A DNA stretch of 36,372 nucleotides from a virus. Lineage: Duplodnaviria; Caudoviricetes. A program made the position numbers and the translations under genes. Positions 7,833 through 17,174 of this stretch are shown here, piece after piece; position 1 is the stretch's first letter, and the number at the start of each line of letters is the position of its first letter. The stretch is from positions 1 to 36,372 of IMG/VR virus record IMGVR_UViG_3300037195_002099; one strand, 5' to 3'. The notes under the pieces were generated by a model. The model saw nothing but the letters and a program-made list of their open reading frames with translations. It was not told where the DNA came from and did no database searches.

Positions 7833-8366
7833 TTATTCTGGAAGGCGCCCTTCACGTACCCTAACATCGAGTACAGTTTTTCCATCTGCTGATAGATCGC
7901 ATTCGTAAACCATTGGCATAAAGGCGCCGAACCCATTTTGAAACTGTATTTTATCGCCTATAAATGTCACTACATTGTTCTCGACATCGGCCCAGCGATA
8001 GTGACTCATTTTGGGTTCTAAAAATTGGTCTGTCCATTTATGGTTGTATTTTGCGAGACGTTCGATGGGCTCTTTACAGTACACGCTCGCAGAAACATAA
8101 TTTTTCTCGCCCCAGCATGATAAATCACCTTTTGCGCATTCTTTTTCGCTCTCAGACTCAACCGAGCTTGCATTGGCGGTCGTGTTTTCCGTTGGCTCGG
8201 AGTCGGATGACAGCCACCAAATTAAACCAACAATAACAACTAAAAAAATAAACCCAGAGACTTCATTTTTCTTGCGCTTCTTTTCAACGGGTGCCCCACA
8301 GGAGGGGCATGTACTCGCCTTGTCGCTAATACTAGAATTACATTCTTTGCATTTAATTAGAGCCAT
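7833..8366 (-). CDS. Zinc-ribbon plus TM membrane protein downstream of cI (moron-like)
   Basis: MALIKCKECNSSISDKASTCPSCGAP zinc ribbon, basic patch, one TM helix, Cys-containing C-terminal domain; AT-richer than flanks. Confidence 0.85.
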   Translation of the reverse strand: MALIKCKECNSSISDKASTCPSCGAPVEKKRKKNEVSGFIFLVVIVGLIWWLSSDSEPTENTTANASSVESESEKECAKGDLSCWGEKNYVSASVYCKEPIERLAKYNHKWTDQFLEPKMSHYRWADVENNVVTFIGDKIQFQNGFGAFMPMVYECDLSADGKTVLDVRVREGRLPE

Positions 8367-8423
8367 TTCAACCTCGTAATAGTTTGATGGTTTTAGCCAC
8401 CCCTTGCTTCCGCCGGCAAAGTA

Positions 8424-9143
8424 TCAAAACTCTTCGCTGCGCCAAACTTTCAATACTCGGCCAAATACTTCAAAGTCCATTGTTTTGTCGATAGTCCAGT
8501 CGCGGTACGCGCTGTTTTCCGAGATTGCCAGGAGACCTTTCCCAGGCACTCGTTGCAATCGTTTAATGAAGCCTTCGTTTTCGACTCGGAAGAAATAAAC
8601 TGAATCGAAATCGACCAAATTAACGCCAAGATCGACAATAAGAGGATCGCCTGGATTGAACATGGGGCGCATGGAGTCTCCAAAGCCGGTAACAATGCAA
8701 AGATTTGCCGTTGATGAAAAACCTTTAATGTTTTTATCAAGCCACTCGTTGCTTACTGACCAACTGTGGATCAAGCCCGGCTGATCTTTGAGCTGAAGTC
8801 CTCCGCCCATTGCCCCTCCCGTGTCGTATTGTTTAATTATGACTTGATTATGCTTTTTAGATCCTAAGTAGGCAATGTTTTCCGAGGTACTATTTTCATC
8901 TGCCCAAAGATCTGGGTGCGGTTGGTCAATCCAATAAGGTTGCTCGCCAAGGGCTTCTGCGATTTTCTTCGCAACTGTATCGCCCAATTTTCGCGGGTTT
9001 TTATCTTTTTCGTTTTGAAAGCCTTGCAGTATTTGCTCTAAATATTTTTTGCTGCAATTTGCGGCCTCAGCGAGCGTGGCGACACCTCCGAAAAAACGGA
9101 TGGCATAGCGCAGGTTGGCAAGGCGTATTTCTCGATTATCCAT
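8424..9143 (-). CDS. cI: CI-like repressor (HTH plus S24 autoprotease domain)
   Basis: N-terminal helical domain; AMG cleavage-like region, GDSMRP (Ser) and FIKRLQ (Lys); divergent from cro. Confidence 0.92.
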   Translation of the reverse strand: MDNREIRLANLRYAIRFFGGVATLAEAANCSKKYLEQILQGFQNEKDKNPRKLGDTVAKKIAEALGEQPYWIDQPHPDLWADENSTSENIAYLGSKKHNQVIIKQYDTGGAMGGGLQLKDQPGLIHSWSVSNEWLDKNIKGFSSTANLCIVTGFGDSMRPMFNPGDPLIVDLGVNLVDFDSVYFFRVENEGFIKRLQRVPGKGLLAISENSAYRDWTIDKTMDFEVFGRVLKVWRSEEF

Positions 9144-9153
9144 AAATGGAATG

Positions 9154-9222
9154 GTAGCTTTTTGCTACCCGCTCAGATACCAGCAAATTGCTATTGATTT
9201 TCTGGTAGCAACTCGCTACTAT
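9154..9222. promoter_or_regulatory. OR region: three operator-like palindromes and pR-like promoter
   Basis: GTAGCTTTTTGCTAC 9154-9168, CCAGCAAATTGCTAT 9180-9194, GTAGCAACTCGCTAC 9205-9219; TTGATT, 17 nt, TACTAT at 9194-9222. Confidence 0.8.
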
Positions 9223-9229
9223 ATCGAAC

Positions 9230-9460
9230 ATGAGCACATTAAACGTCCTTTATATGCGAGAGGGAGGTTCGGTTCTAGACCGTATTCATAAGGCCACGGG
9301 AATAAACCGAAAGTACCTTTACCAGATAGCAACTGGCCGTCGAACTCCGTCGGCGAGAATCGCTGCACGGATGATGGCGGCTGACTCTCGGCTTTCGTTG
9401 GAGGGATTGTTACTAAGAAACTCGGTCGGCTCAGAGCTCAAAGAGGCTGAAAATGCGTGA
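9230..9460 (+). CDS. cro: Cro-like HTH protein
   Basis: IHKATGINRKYLYQIATGRRTPSAR HTH; divergent from cI. Confidence 0.8.
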   Translation: MSTLNVLYMREGGSVLDRIHKATGINRKYLYQIATGRRTPSARIAARMMAADSRLSLEGLLLRNSVGSELKEAENA

Positions 9461-9461
9461 C

Positions 9462-9647
9462 TTAGTGCAGCGTTGTAACGCCGAACGGTCCGATGCCATA
9501 CGACTCGTTGAAAAGCAACCGATCAAAAACGCCGTCTATGTGGTCGTCGGTTGGTTCACCAAAGGCGCTGCGGGCGAGGTGGGTCGCATATTCATAAAGC
9601 TCCTGCATGTCTTCGTGAGAGAGGGTTACTCCGTTTCCGATATCCAA
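9462..9647 (-). CDS. Small acidic protein antisense to the right operon
   Basis: AAGGAG RBS before TTG start; 61 aa, protein-like composition; competes with + ORF 9453-9737. Confidence 0.5.
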   Translation of the reverse strand: MDIGNGVTLSHEDMQELYEYATHLARSAFGEPTDDHIDGVFDRLLFNESYGIGPFGVTTLH

Positions 9648-9885
9648 AAATCTTCTCCTTTAGTTATTCGAAGTGTTATTTCCAGTGCGTTCATCTTCGC
9701 TCATAGAGCATGGTCGCGCCACGTCAAAAAGGGCTGATATATGACAACACTTTCTGAAAATGTCCGCTGCGTCGGCGAAAGGGGGTTCATGTGGTGATTA
9801 CCCCTAATCCATGGAAGCCCGAAAATTCCGATGAACGTATCCCCATCGGGCCTCCCGACACCATTTCAAAATTTAAAGGTGATCT

Positions 9886-10095
9886 ATGACAGTCTTCATT
9901 GAAGTGGGGACACGTGTGCGGTTGCCCAGTGGCCTGCAGGGGTCTTTTGTGCGGTGGAGTGCTCGGGTAATCGACAAAAGTGCGCCACGTACCGAACGCG
10001 AATATGAGCGCGTAGCCGTTTTAAAGGTCAACGGAGAGGTGCTGGAGTTCAGTGAACGCTTCATGCAGCGCGTTTTGATTGGGGAGGCGCAATGA
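9886..10095 (+). CDS. Hypothetical protein (69 aa)
   Basis: AAGGTG RBS; ATGA coupling to cII-like gene. Confidence 0.65.
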   Translation: MTVFIEVGTRVRLPSGLQGSFVRWSARVIDKSAPRTEREYERVAVLKVNGEVLEFSERFMQRVLIGEAQ

Positions 10096-10538
10096 GCTAT
10101 TCATTTGAAGTGGCCGCTTTGTCCACGGTTTCCGATTATGACGGTGGCGCGAAGGCATTGGGCGCGGTGGTGGAAATAAATGGCTCAGTCCTGTCGCACA
10201 AGGTGTGCCTGACCGACAAAGCCAACCATTTAACAGTGCCGCAGGCCAGAAAGATCATGCAGGCTACGGGCGACTACCGAATGCTACATGGGCTGGCTAC
10301 TGACCTGGACCATATTTGCATTCAAGTCTCCAGCGTGGGCAATGGCAATCGCATGTTTCGCTCGATTTCGGATGCGGCAAGGGAGTTTGGTGATTTTCTC
10401 GGTGCGGTGACAGCTTCTGTTGAGGATGGCAACGTCACCCCTAATGAGTTGCGTCGCATCGACCGCGAGTTGGCTGAAATGATTGTGGCGGCGAATCAGC
10501 TTCGGTCTTTGTGTGCGGCCACCAAAAGTAAGAGGTAA
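10092..10538 (+). CDS. Phage regulatory CII (CP76-like) family protein
   Basis: DYDGGAKALG...VLSHKV...HLTV..A..IM..TGD and DGNVTPNELRRIDRE motifs. Confidence 0.85.
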   Translation: MSYSFEVAALSTVSDYDGGAKALGAVVEINGSVLSHKVCLTDKANHLTVPQARKIMQATGDYRMLHGLATDLDHICIQVSSVGNGNRMFRSISDAAREFGDFLGAVTASVEDGNVTPNELRRIDRELAEMIVAANQLRSLCAATKSKR

Positions 10539-10542
10539 GCCT

Positions 10543-10803
10543 ATGTCACGTCCTCCTGACCCCAAAACCACCCAAGCCCTAGAAGCGTTGCTTGAGCAGC
10601 CGATGACCGCACGTGAGCTTTGCTTGCGACTTGGCTTGCCCGAGCGCACGGTGAAAGATATTTGTCATCGTTTAGTGACACGCGGTCAGGTGCAAGTTCT
10701 TCGCAAGCAGCGAATACCGCATGCCCGCCGCCCGGTGGCGTGTTACGGCAAAAGTACCGCATCGACTATTTTCGACCATGGAGTCTCGGCGCTATGGCGA
10801 TAA
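10543..10803 (+). CDS. Winged-HTH DNA-binding protein
   Basis: PMTARELCLRLGLPERTVKDICHRLVTRGQV; GAGG RBS before ATG at 10543. Confidence 0.75.
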   Translation: MSRPPDPKTTQALEALLEQPMTARELCLRLGLPERTVKDICHRLVTRGQVQVLRKQRIPHARRPVACYGKSTASTIFDHGVSALWR

Positions 10804-10944
10804 ACGCAATTGAAACCTTTGTGCTGGGGCTAAGCCACGAGCCGCCTTAAGCCTCGGTGAATTAAATCCCTTATTGAGTCGTGTTTGTGCCTGTTTTTAA
10901 GCGGGTACAGGGTTTTTGTTTTCTTAAGAAACGTAGAGGTGTGT

Positions 10945-11421
10945 ATGACGCATCCTGTTCAGTCAGCGCCAACAGCGCAGCGTAGCCAGGTGAGTCGCCT
11001 GGTTGATCAATGTATTCCCACTTTCGATGATTTCTGGTCTGCGTGGCCTCGGCGAGAGGCCAAGAAAGCAGCATTGAGGGCGTGGAATAAGTTGTCCACA
11101 ACCAAACAGATCACGGCTTTCCAAGCGTTGCCAGATCATATTGCCCAGTGGCGCAAGGAAGGGCGTGCACGTTGTCATATTCCGCACCCAGCGACCTGGT
11201 TGAATGGTGAGCGCTGGGAGGACGAACTGGGTGGTGACGTGTTCCCGCCAGTACCAAAGCCCAAACGCCAAAGTGGTCCGCCTTGGTGGACATCACACGT
11301 GCTGATGGAGCGTAAAGGGCGGGAAGTAGGTGCAGGGCCGGCCAGGCCGGGTGAGACAACCGAACAGTACAAAGCGCGTATTCAAGCCGTGCTTGATGAG
11401 AACCAGCACTTCCAAGCGTAG
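10945..11421 (+). CDS. Protein resembling the C-terminal domain of phage replication initiators
   Basis: FDDFWSAWPRREAKKAALRAWNKL...IPHPATWLNGERWEDE motif; GAGG RBS. Confidence 0.75.
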   Translation: MTHPVQSAPTAQRSQVSRLVDQCIPTFDDFWSAWPRREAKKAALRAWNKLSTTKQITAFQALPDHIAQWRKEGRARCHIPHPATWLNGERWEDELGGDVFPPVPKPKRQSGPPWWTSHVLMERKGREVGAGPARPGETTEQYKARIQAVLDENQHFQA

Positions 11422-11782
11422 AGACGCGGGCGTGGGTCCCGCGCCTTTAAACGCAACAGGGCCTGTATGGGCCGGCAGGACAAGAAACACCGCGCAACCG
11501 TGAGCGTGTAAGAAACCGGTACCGGTACGTTGCTTTGCAACTAGGGTGCAACTCCCGAAAAATCCGGCGGGCTGGCCGTATCCACAGGCCCGGGGGCAGG
11601 CAAGTAAAGCCTGAGGTGTGGATCCGTGTACGCGGGTGGAAGCCGTCCTCTCTACCTCCTTTTTTTGTGTTTGGGGGGTAGGGGGGGCCTTTTGTGGAAG
11701 TGACAGGGGATAACAGTGTCTTTTAGGAAAGAGAATCTATGCATGAACTCATTTTCGTCCAAAATTGCCGGGAGGCCTTTCA

Positions 11783-12190
11783 ATGACTCATAAACGTTTG
11801 CCCGACATTCAGGCCCGGTTCGATGCATGGGGTTTATGGGTAACTCGAGGTGGTGGCGCAGCGGGTGGAGCAATGCACCCGTTGGCCAGGTTGATGGAAT
11901 GGAAAAGCGGCAAGCGCGTTAGCGTAAGTGGCGACGGTGGGTTTACGTCATTCGTGCCGGTTGATGATATCGAGTGTGGCTTAACCGACGAGGCTATTTC
12001 GTCATTGCCGCCCGACCTGCGTGACGCGGTGAGGGCATGGCACACATGTAAAGGCGGGACCTTGGAGAGCGTGGCTAAAGAAATGGGAGTTGTAAAGACC
12101 ACGTTTTGGCGGCGCTTGGTTCAGGCGGATCATCGTGTTGCTGAATGGCTGATGGAGCGAAGCAAGCGACGTAAAACCTACGCGCTGTAA
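11783..12190 (+). CDS. Q-like late antiterminator
   Basis: IQARFDAWGLW N-terminus and C-terminal HTH (LESVAKEMGVVKTTFWRRL); precedes late terminators and packaging genes. Confidence 0.75.
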   Translation: MTHKRLPDIQARFDAWGLWVTRGGGAAGGAMHPLARLMEWKSGKRVSVSGDGGFTSFVPVDDIECGLTDEAISSLPPDLRDAVRAWHTCKGGTLESVAKEMGVVKTTFWRRLVQADHRVAEWLMERSKRRKTYAL

Positions 12191-12273
12191 CATTTTGAAT
12201 TATGCGACATAAACCGGAACGTGGATAATCCTGTACATTCCTGCGGAGCTTGCGACGCAACGCTCTGAACAAC

Positions 12274-12310
12274 AAAGCCCGAGCCTTTAAACAGCCGGGC
12301 TTTTTGTTTT
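12274..12310 (+). terminator. tR'-like terminator after Q
   Basis: AAAGCCCG...CGGGCTTTTTGTTTT. Confidence 0.65.
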
Positions 12311-12346
12311 CCGGTTGTCTCCTGAGGCTTTTTCGAAAGCCCTTAT

Positions 12347-12383
12347 CCCGGCAGCATGTTGATGCTTGCCGGGTTTTCTTTTT
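12347..12383 (+). terminator. Second late-leader terminator
   Basis: CCCGGCAGCAT-gttg-ATGCTTGCCGGG followed by TTTTCTTTTT. Confidence 0.65.
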
Positions 12384-12396
12384 GAGAGGTGTAGCG

Positions 12397-12771
12397 GTGG
12401 CGGTTGCTTCACCTAAACCTTGCGCTCAACCAGCATGCTCGGCGTTGGTGTATGACGGTAGCGGTTGGTGTGAAAAGCATAAGCGGGTTGACGGCAAGTT
12501 TTCAGATGCGCATCGCGGGTCACGGCATCAGCGTGGCTACGGTTCGGAATGGGACAAGCAGCGCCGTCGTGTTCTTGAACGTGATAACTACCTGTGCCAA
12601 GTGTGCATGAAAAAGGGTTGGATTTCACGGGCAAGGCAAGTCGATCACGTGGTGCCTAAGGCCTTTGGTGGATCGGATGATGACGACAACTTGCAAAGCA
12701 TTTGCGTGCCTTGCCACAAAGCGAAGACGGCACTCGAAGGCAACATGGGGCGTGGCCTAAAAAAGGGGTAG
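12397..12771 (+). CDS. HNH endonuclease (HK97 gp74-like terminase cofactor)
   Basis: RGYGSEW, RDNYLCQVC, VDHVVP..GG.D...NLQSICVPCH; immediately before terS. Confidence 0.92.
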   Translation: MAVASPKPCAQPACSALVYDGSGWCEKHKRVDGKFSDAHRGSRHQRGYGSEWDKQRRRVLERDNYLCQVCMKKGWISRARQVDHVVPKAFGGSDDDDNLQSICVPCHKAKTALEGNMGRGLKKG

Positions 12772-12875
12772 GGGGGCTGAAAAGTCTGGCGGAATTTTTG
12801 CCAGGGACCGGCCGCCTAGGCTTTTTTTGCGCATCACATTTTTTTAGATAGGGGGGGGTCAAAATACCCCTGGTA
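12765..12875. other. Probable cos/packaging-initiation region
   Basis: Non-coding gap with G and T runs between HNH and terS, the usual cos position in HK97-like phages; cut site not determined. Confidence 0.45.
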
Positions 12876-13382
12876 ATGATGACAAATCACCTTCGTTCAC
12901 TACCAACTGTCAGTGAAACGGAGGGGAAAAGTGCGTCTACTCATCCGGTCATTCCTTCGGAGATTCCTACTCCGCCTGGCAAATTAAGCAAGCGCGAAAA
13001 ATTGGTTTGGAAGCATATTACACAGGCGCTTTTTGAGTATGGCCTGATTCATCGTACCGACGCGATCATGCTTCTGGTCATCTGCCGAACCTTTGTGCGA
13101 TGGGTTGAGGCCGAAGAACAGTTGGAAGATATCATTGAGCAGAACGGTGGCACTTACATTGTGTCGACGCCGAATGGGTACGAGCAGCCCCACCAGTTGT
13201 TCTATCTCTCGCGCACTCTGAAAAAAGAGCTGTTGCAATGGCTTCCGGAGGCAGCCTTAACGATTCCATCGTTCGCTAAGGCGATTGAATCTCGCCAGGC
13301 GCCCACGCAAGGCACATTGTTTGAAGATCCCGTAGAGGCGCATCGCCGTCGTAAGACCGCGCTCGGCATGCGTTCGGTATGA
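12876..13382 (+). CDS. Terminase small subunit (P27-like)
   Basis: PPGKLSKREKLVW...GLIHRTD...NGYEQPH; overlaps terL start. Confidence 0.85.
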   Translation: MMTNHLRSLPTVSETEGKSASTHPVIPSEIPTPPGKLSKREKLVWKHITQALFEYGLIHRTDAIMLLVICRTFVRWVEAEEQLEDIIEQNGGTYIVSTPNGYEQPHQLFYLSRTLKKELLQWLPEAALTIPSFAKAIESRQAPTQGTLFEDPVEAHRRRKTALGMRSV

Positions 13383-15061
13383 CTGCGGCGGTGGCGGTTG
13401 AGCGTTCCTTTGATTGGGACGCTTATGGCCGGGCCGTTATGGCCGGCGAAATTGTGGTGTCGCGCTGGACGCGACTCGCAGTTGAGCGACACTACAAAGA
13501 CCTGGAGTCCTGTCACGAGCGGGGCCTGTGGTTTTCTGAAGCGCATGCCCAGCACGCACTCGAGGCGTTTCTGTTCTTGCGCCACTCCAAAGGTGAGTGG
13601 GCTGGCCAGCCGTTTGAGTTGTCGCCCTGGCAACAGTTTTGGGTGGCGGTCGCTTTTGGTTGGATGCGCGGCGATGGCAGTCGACGTTTTCGTGAGGTGT
13701 GGCTTGAGGTGCCACGCAAGAACGGGAAAACGACGCTGCTTGCGGGGATTGGGTTGTACCTGTTCTGGTTCGATGGTGAGGGTGGCGCCGAGGTGTATGC
13801 CGCTGCCACCAAAATGGATCAAGCCAAGATTCTGTACAGCGAGGCGGAGCGGATGGTTCAGTCGTCCCCACTGCTGCGGCGCGATATTGGCCAAAAGCTT
13901 AACGTGCTTTACAACCCGACGCCTGGCAGAGCCGACGAGTTTCGGCCGCTTGGGCGCGACAGCAAAACGCTGGACGGTCTGAACCCGCATGGCGCGTTGC
14001 TCGACGAGGTGCACGCGCATCCGAATCGTGAGCTGTACGACGTGATCAAAACTGGTTTAGGTGCGCGGCGTCAGCCGATGGTCTGGCAAATTACGACCGC
14101 CGGCGAGAACTTGAGCGGATTCGGATACAGCCAGCATGAGTACGCCGAGAAAATCCTTGAAGGTGTATTTGAAGACGATGCGTTTCTTGCCGTCATTTAC
14201 ACGGTGGATCATCCAAAGAAATGGATGGATCCAGTCGAGTGGGGCAAGGCGAATCCAGGGCTGGGTGTATCGGTTTACCTGGAAGGCCTCCAAACGTCGG
14301 CGCAAAAGGCGCAAAGACAAACCAGCGAGTTGCCGAACTTTCAAACCAAGCGGCTCAATATTTGGTTGAGCGGCGGCTCCAAGTGGATCCCGGTTGATGA
14401 TTGGCAGGCTTGCGGCGATGCGTCGCTCAAGATTGAAGACTTTGCCGGCGAGCCGTGTTGGGTTGGGCTGGACCTGGCTGAGAAAAAAGACATTGCCGCC
14501 ATGGCGATTGTGTTTCGCCGCGGCGGTCGGTGCTTCGTGTTTTTCAAGCTGTACCACAACGAAGACCAAATTAACGCGCCTGAGAATCGGCATTTTTACA
14601 CGTGGGAAAAGTCCGGTCATTTATTGATGTCGCCCGGCAACGCAACCGATTTCAACGATATTCGCAATGACCTTGTGGTGCTGCGGGATGCACACCAGGT
14701 GCAAGAGGTGATCTACGACCCCAAATTTGCGGCTTATTTTGCGGCCCGTTTGGCCGAAGACGACAGCTTATTGATGGTGGATATGCCGCAAACATCAAGC
14801 CGGTTCACCTTGCCGATTGTCAGTATTGAGAATTTGGTATTGACCAAAGACCTGGTACACGACGCGAACCCCGCAGTGGCCTGGATGATCAGTAACGTGG
14901 TTATGCGTGAATCGAAGTTTTCAGGGTTGCGACACCCGACGAAAGAGAAACCCGAAAACAAGATCGATGCAGTCGTAGCGTTGATTATGGCGATGGGTCG
15001 CGCGATGAATGAGGATCCGGACGGTAGTGTTATTTCCCAGGGCTTTGTGGTGATCGACTGA
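13379..15061 (+). CDS. Terminase large subunit
   Basis: VPRKNGKTT Walker A, LLDEVHA Walker B, ITTAG, GLDLA and KIDAVVA nuclease motifs. Confidence 0.97.
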   Translation: MTAAVAVERSFDWDAYGRAVMAGEIVVSRWTRLAVERHYKDLESCHERGLWFSEAHAQHALEAFLFLRHSKGEWAGQPFELSPWQQFWVAVAFGWMRGDGSRRFREVWLEVPRKNGKTTLLAGIGLYLFWFDGEGGAEVYAAATKMDQAKILYSEAERMVQSSPLLRRDIGQKLNVLYNPTPGRADEFRPLGRDSKTLDGLNPHGALLDEVHAHPNRELYDVIKTGLGARRQPMVWQITTAGENLSGFGYSQHEYAEKILEGVFEDDAFLAVIYTVDHPKKWMDPVEWGKANPGLGVSVYLEGLQTSAQKAQRQTSELPNFQTKRLNIWLSGGSKWIPVDDWQACGDASLKIEDFAGEPCWVGLDLAEKKDIAAMAIVFRRGGRCFVFFKLYHNEDQINAPENRHFYTWEKSGHLLMSPGNATDFNDIRNDLVVLRDAHQVQEVIYDPKFAAYFAARLAEDDSLLMVDMPQTSSRFTLPIVSIENLVLTKDLVHDANPAVAWMISNVVMRESKFSGLRHPTKEKPENKIDAVVALIMAMGRAMNEDPDGSVISQGFVVID

Positions 15062-16386
15062 TGCTTTTAAATCTATTCAAGGGTTCTTCAGGCAAAACAG
15101 CGCCGCCCGAACGCGTTGAGCCCTCGGTGGGCAACATCACGGAAGGGGAGACTGTAACGTCTTCTGATTCCATCAAAATGTTTGAGATTTTCGGAGACCC
15201 GCGTACGGCTTCCGGTGCCGTGGTCAATGAGAAAACCGCAATGCGCGTATCGGCGGTGTATGCCAGCGTGAGCTTGATCGCAGGCTCTATCGGCCAGTTG
15301 CCGTTGCCGATCTACGAGCGCGGCTCGGATGATCGAAAGCGAGTCGATCACCCATATTGGTGGTTGCTGAACGAGGAGTTTGCGGCTAACTGGACAGCCA
15401 CGGCAGCGTGGGAATTTTTGACTACTCAGGTTCTGTTGCGCGGCGACGGCATTGCTTACTTGAGCAGGAATCGGGCGGCACAGGTCCAAAGCATCATCCC
15501 ATGGCCACGCGATCGCGTTTCGATTGTTGAGCAACCCCGGCAAAACAGTCGCTCACCAAAGCGCTTGCAGTATACGTTTCACGACGAATTGGGGTATTTC
15601 ACCGTCGACCAGGCTGATGTGCTTCACCTTCCCGGGTTTGGGTTCAACGGCGTGCATTCTATGTCGGTGATCCAGTGGGGTGCGCGTAACGGGATCGGTA
15701 TTGCTTTGCAGGGTGATGAGCACGCCGGCAAGTTCTTTAGCGAGGGCGGTAAACCCGAGGTCGCGGTGACTACTTCCGGAAAAATGTCACCCGACCAACA
15801 AGCGGATTTCCGCACGGCGTGGGTGGCGAAATACGGCGGCATTCAGGGCAATCGACGTATTCCTTTGATCCTGACTGAAGGGTTGGACGTTAAAGAGCTC
15901 ACCATGTCGGCGGTTGATCAGCAGTTGCTCGAGTCGCGCCAATGGCAGGTCATTGATGTTGCTCGCGCTTTCGGTGTGCCGCCACACATGATTGGTGAAA
16001 CGACCAAATCAACAAGTTGGGGTTCCGGTATCGAGCAGATGTACATCGGGTTTGTACGTCTTACGTTAAGACCCCATTTGCAGCGCTTTAAACATGAGTT
16101 GAACCGGAAACTATTCAGTACGCCGCGCTACTTCGTCGAGCATAACGTTGATGGGCTCATGGCGGGTGACAGTAAGGCTCAATCGGTTTACTTCGGGCGT
16201 GCGCTGGGTGGCCCTGGCGCACAGGGCTGGATGACGATTAATGAGGTACGTCGACTGAAAAACCTGCCACCTGTTCCAGATGGCGACACGTTGTATCGCC
16301 CTGACATGTCGGCAGCGCCGCCAAGTAGCAGTGAACCTGATGATGATGATGAGGACTCAAGAAAGGACGACGATGAAACAACTTAA
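15061..16386 (+). CDS. Portal protein (HK97 family)
   Basis: SAVYASVSLIAGSIGQLPL, LLRGDG, VARAFGVPPHMIG, MTINEVR..NLPP. Confidence 0.96.
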   Translation: MLLNLFKGSSGKTAPPERVEPSVGNITEGETVTSSDSIKMFEIFGDPRTASGAVVNEKTAMRVSAVYASVSLIAGSIGQLPLPIYERGSDDRKRVDHPYWWLLNEEFAANWTATAAWEFLTTQVLLRGDGIAYLSRNRAAQVQSIIPWPRDRVSIVEQPRQNSRSPKRLQYTFHDELGYFTVDQADVLHLPGFGFNGVHSMSVIQWGARNGIGIALQGDEHAGKFFSEGGKPEVAVTTSGKMSPDQQADFRTAWVAKYGGIQGNRRIPLILTEGLDVKELTMSAVDQQLLESRQWQVIDVARAFGVPPHMIGETTKSTSWGSGIEQMYIGFVRLTLRPHLQRFKHELNRKLFSTPRYFVEHNVDGLMAGDSKAQSVYFGRALGGPGAQGWMTINEVRRLKNLPPVPDGDTLYRPDMSAAPPSSSEPDDDDEDSRKDDDETT

Positions 16387-17107
16387 ATTGCTCCAGCTGG
16401 CGCGTGATAACGCCAAAAACTCCAAGCCTTTGCGTGCAGAGACCGAAGAAACACAAGCCACTGTTTATCTGCACGGCGTAATCGGCGGGTGGTGGGGTGA
16501 CATCGATGAGACTCAGTTCGCTACGACACTGGCCAGCTTGGATGTCAACGAAATTCATTTGCGAATTGACTCGCCTGGTGGTGATGTATTTGCTGCGCGC
16601 TCGATGATGACGGCGATTAGTCAGCATAAAGCCAAGGTGATTGCACACGTTGATGGGCTGGCCGCTTCGGCGGCAACCGGTATTTGTATGGCCTGCGATG
16701 AGGTTGAGATTACCCAGGGTGCAGGTTTCATGATTCACAACGCCTGGACGATAGCCATTGGAAATAAGGCCGATATGCAGGACACATCGAACTTGTTGGG
16801 CAAGATCGACGCGGGTTTGGTTAACGATTACGCGCGTCGGACTGGTCGTAGCGCGGATGAGATTACCGCATGGATGGACGCTGAGACCTGGTTTACCGCT
16901 GATGAGGCGGTAGACAATGGTTTCGCTGATCGAGTTGTCGAGGTTGTGGGAAAACGTACGTCGAACGCCTGGAACCTGTCTGCCTATCAGAATGCGCCCA
17001 AATCGGCTGAACCGGCACAACCTAATGATCAGGACGATGAAACGCTCCTGGTGCACCGAAACGAGCTGGAGCGACGGTTCTCGTTGCTTGAGCGAGTAGC
17101 AGCGTAG
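16373..17107 (+). CDS. ClpP-like head maturation protease
   Basis: IDSPGGDV, GLAASAA, FMIHNAW, ETWFTADEAVDNGFAD. Confidence 0.95.
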   Translation: MKQLKLLQLARDNAKNSKPLRAETEETQATVYLHGVIGGWWGDIDETQFATTLASLDVNEIHLRIDSPGGDVFAARSMMTAISQHKAKVIAHVDGLAASAATGICMACDEVEITQGAGFMIHNAWTIAIGNKADMQDTSNLLGKIDAGLVNDYARRTGRSADEITAWMDAETWFTADEAVDNGFADRVVEVVGKRTSNAWNLSAYQNAPKSAEPAQPNDQDDETLLVHRNELERRFSLLERVAA

Positions 17108-17129
17108 CGGCTCCCGCGCGCACTTTCTG

Positions 17130-17158
17130 ACCCGCCCTCGAGGCGGGTTTTTCATTTT
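17130..17158 (+). terminator. Terminator-like hairpin before the capsid gene
   Basis: ACCCGCC-ctcga-GGCGGGT followed by T-rich tail. Confidence 0.6.
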
Positions 17159-17174
17159 CAAAGAGGATAAATCT

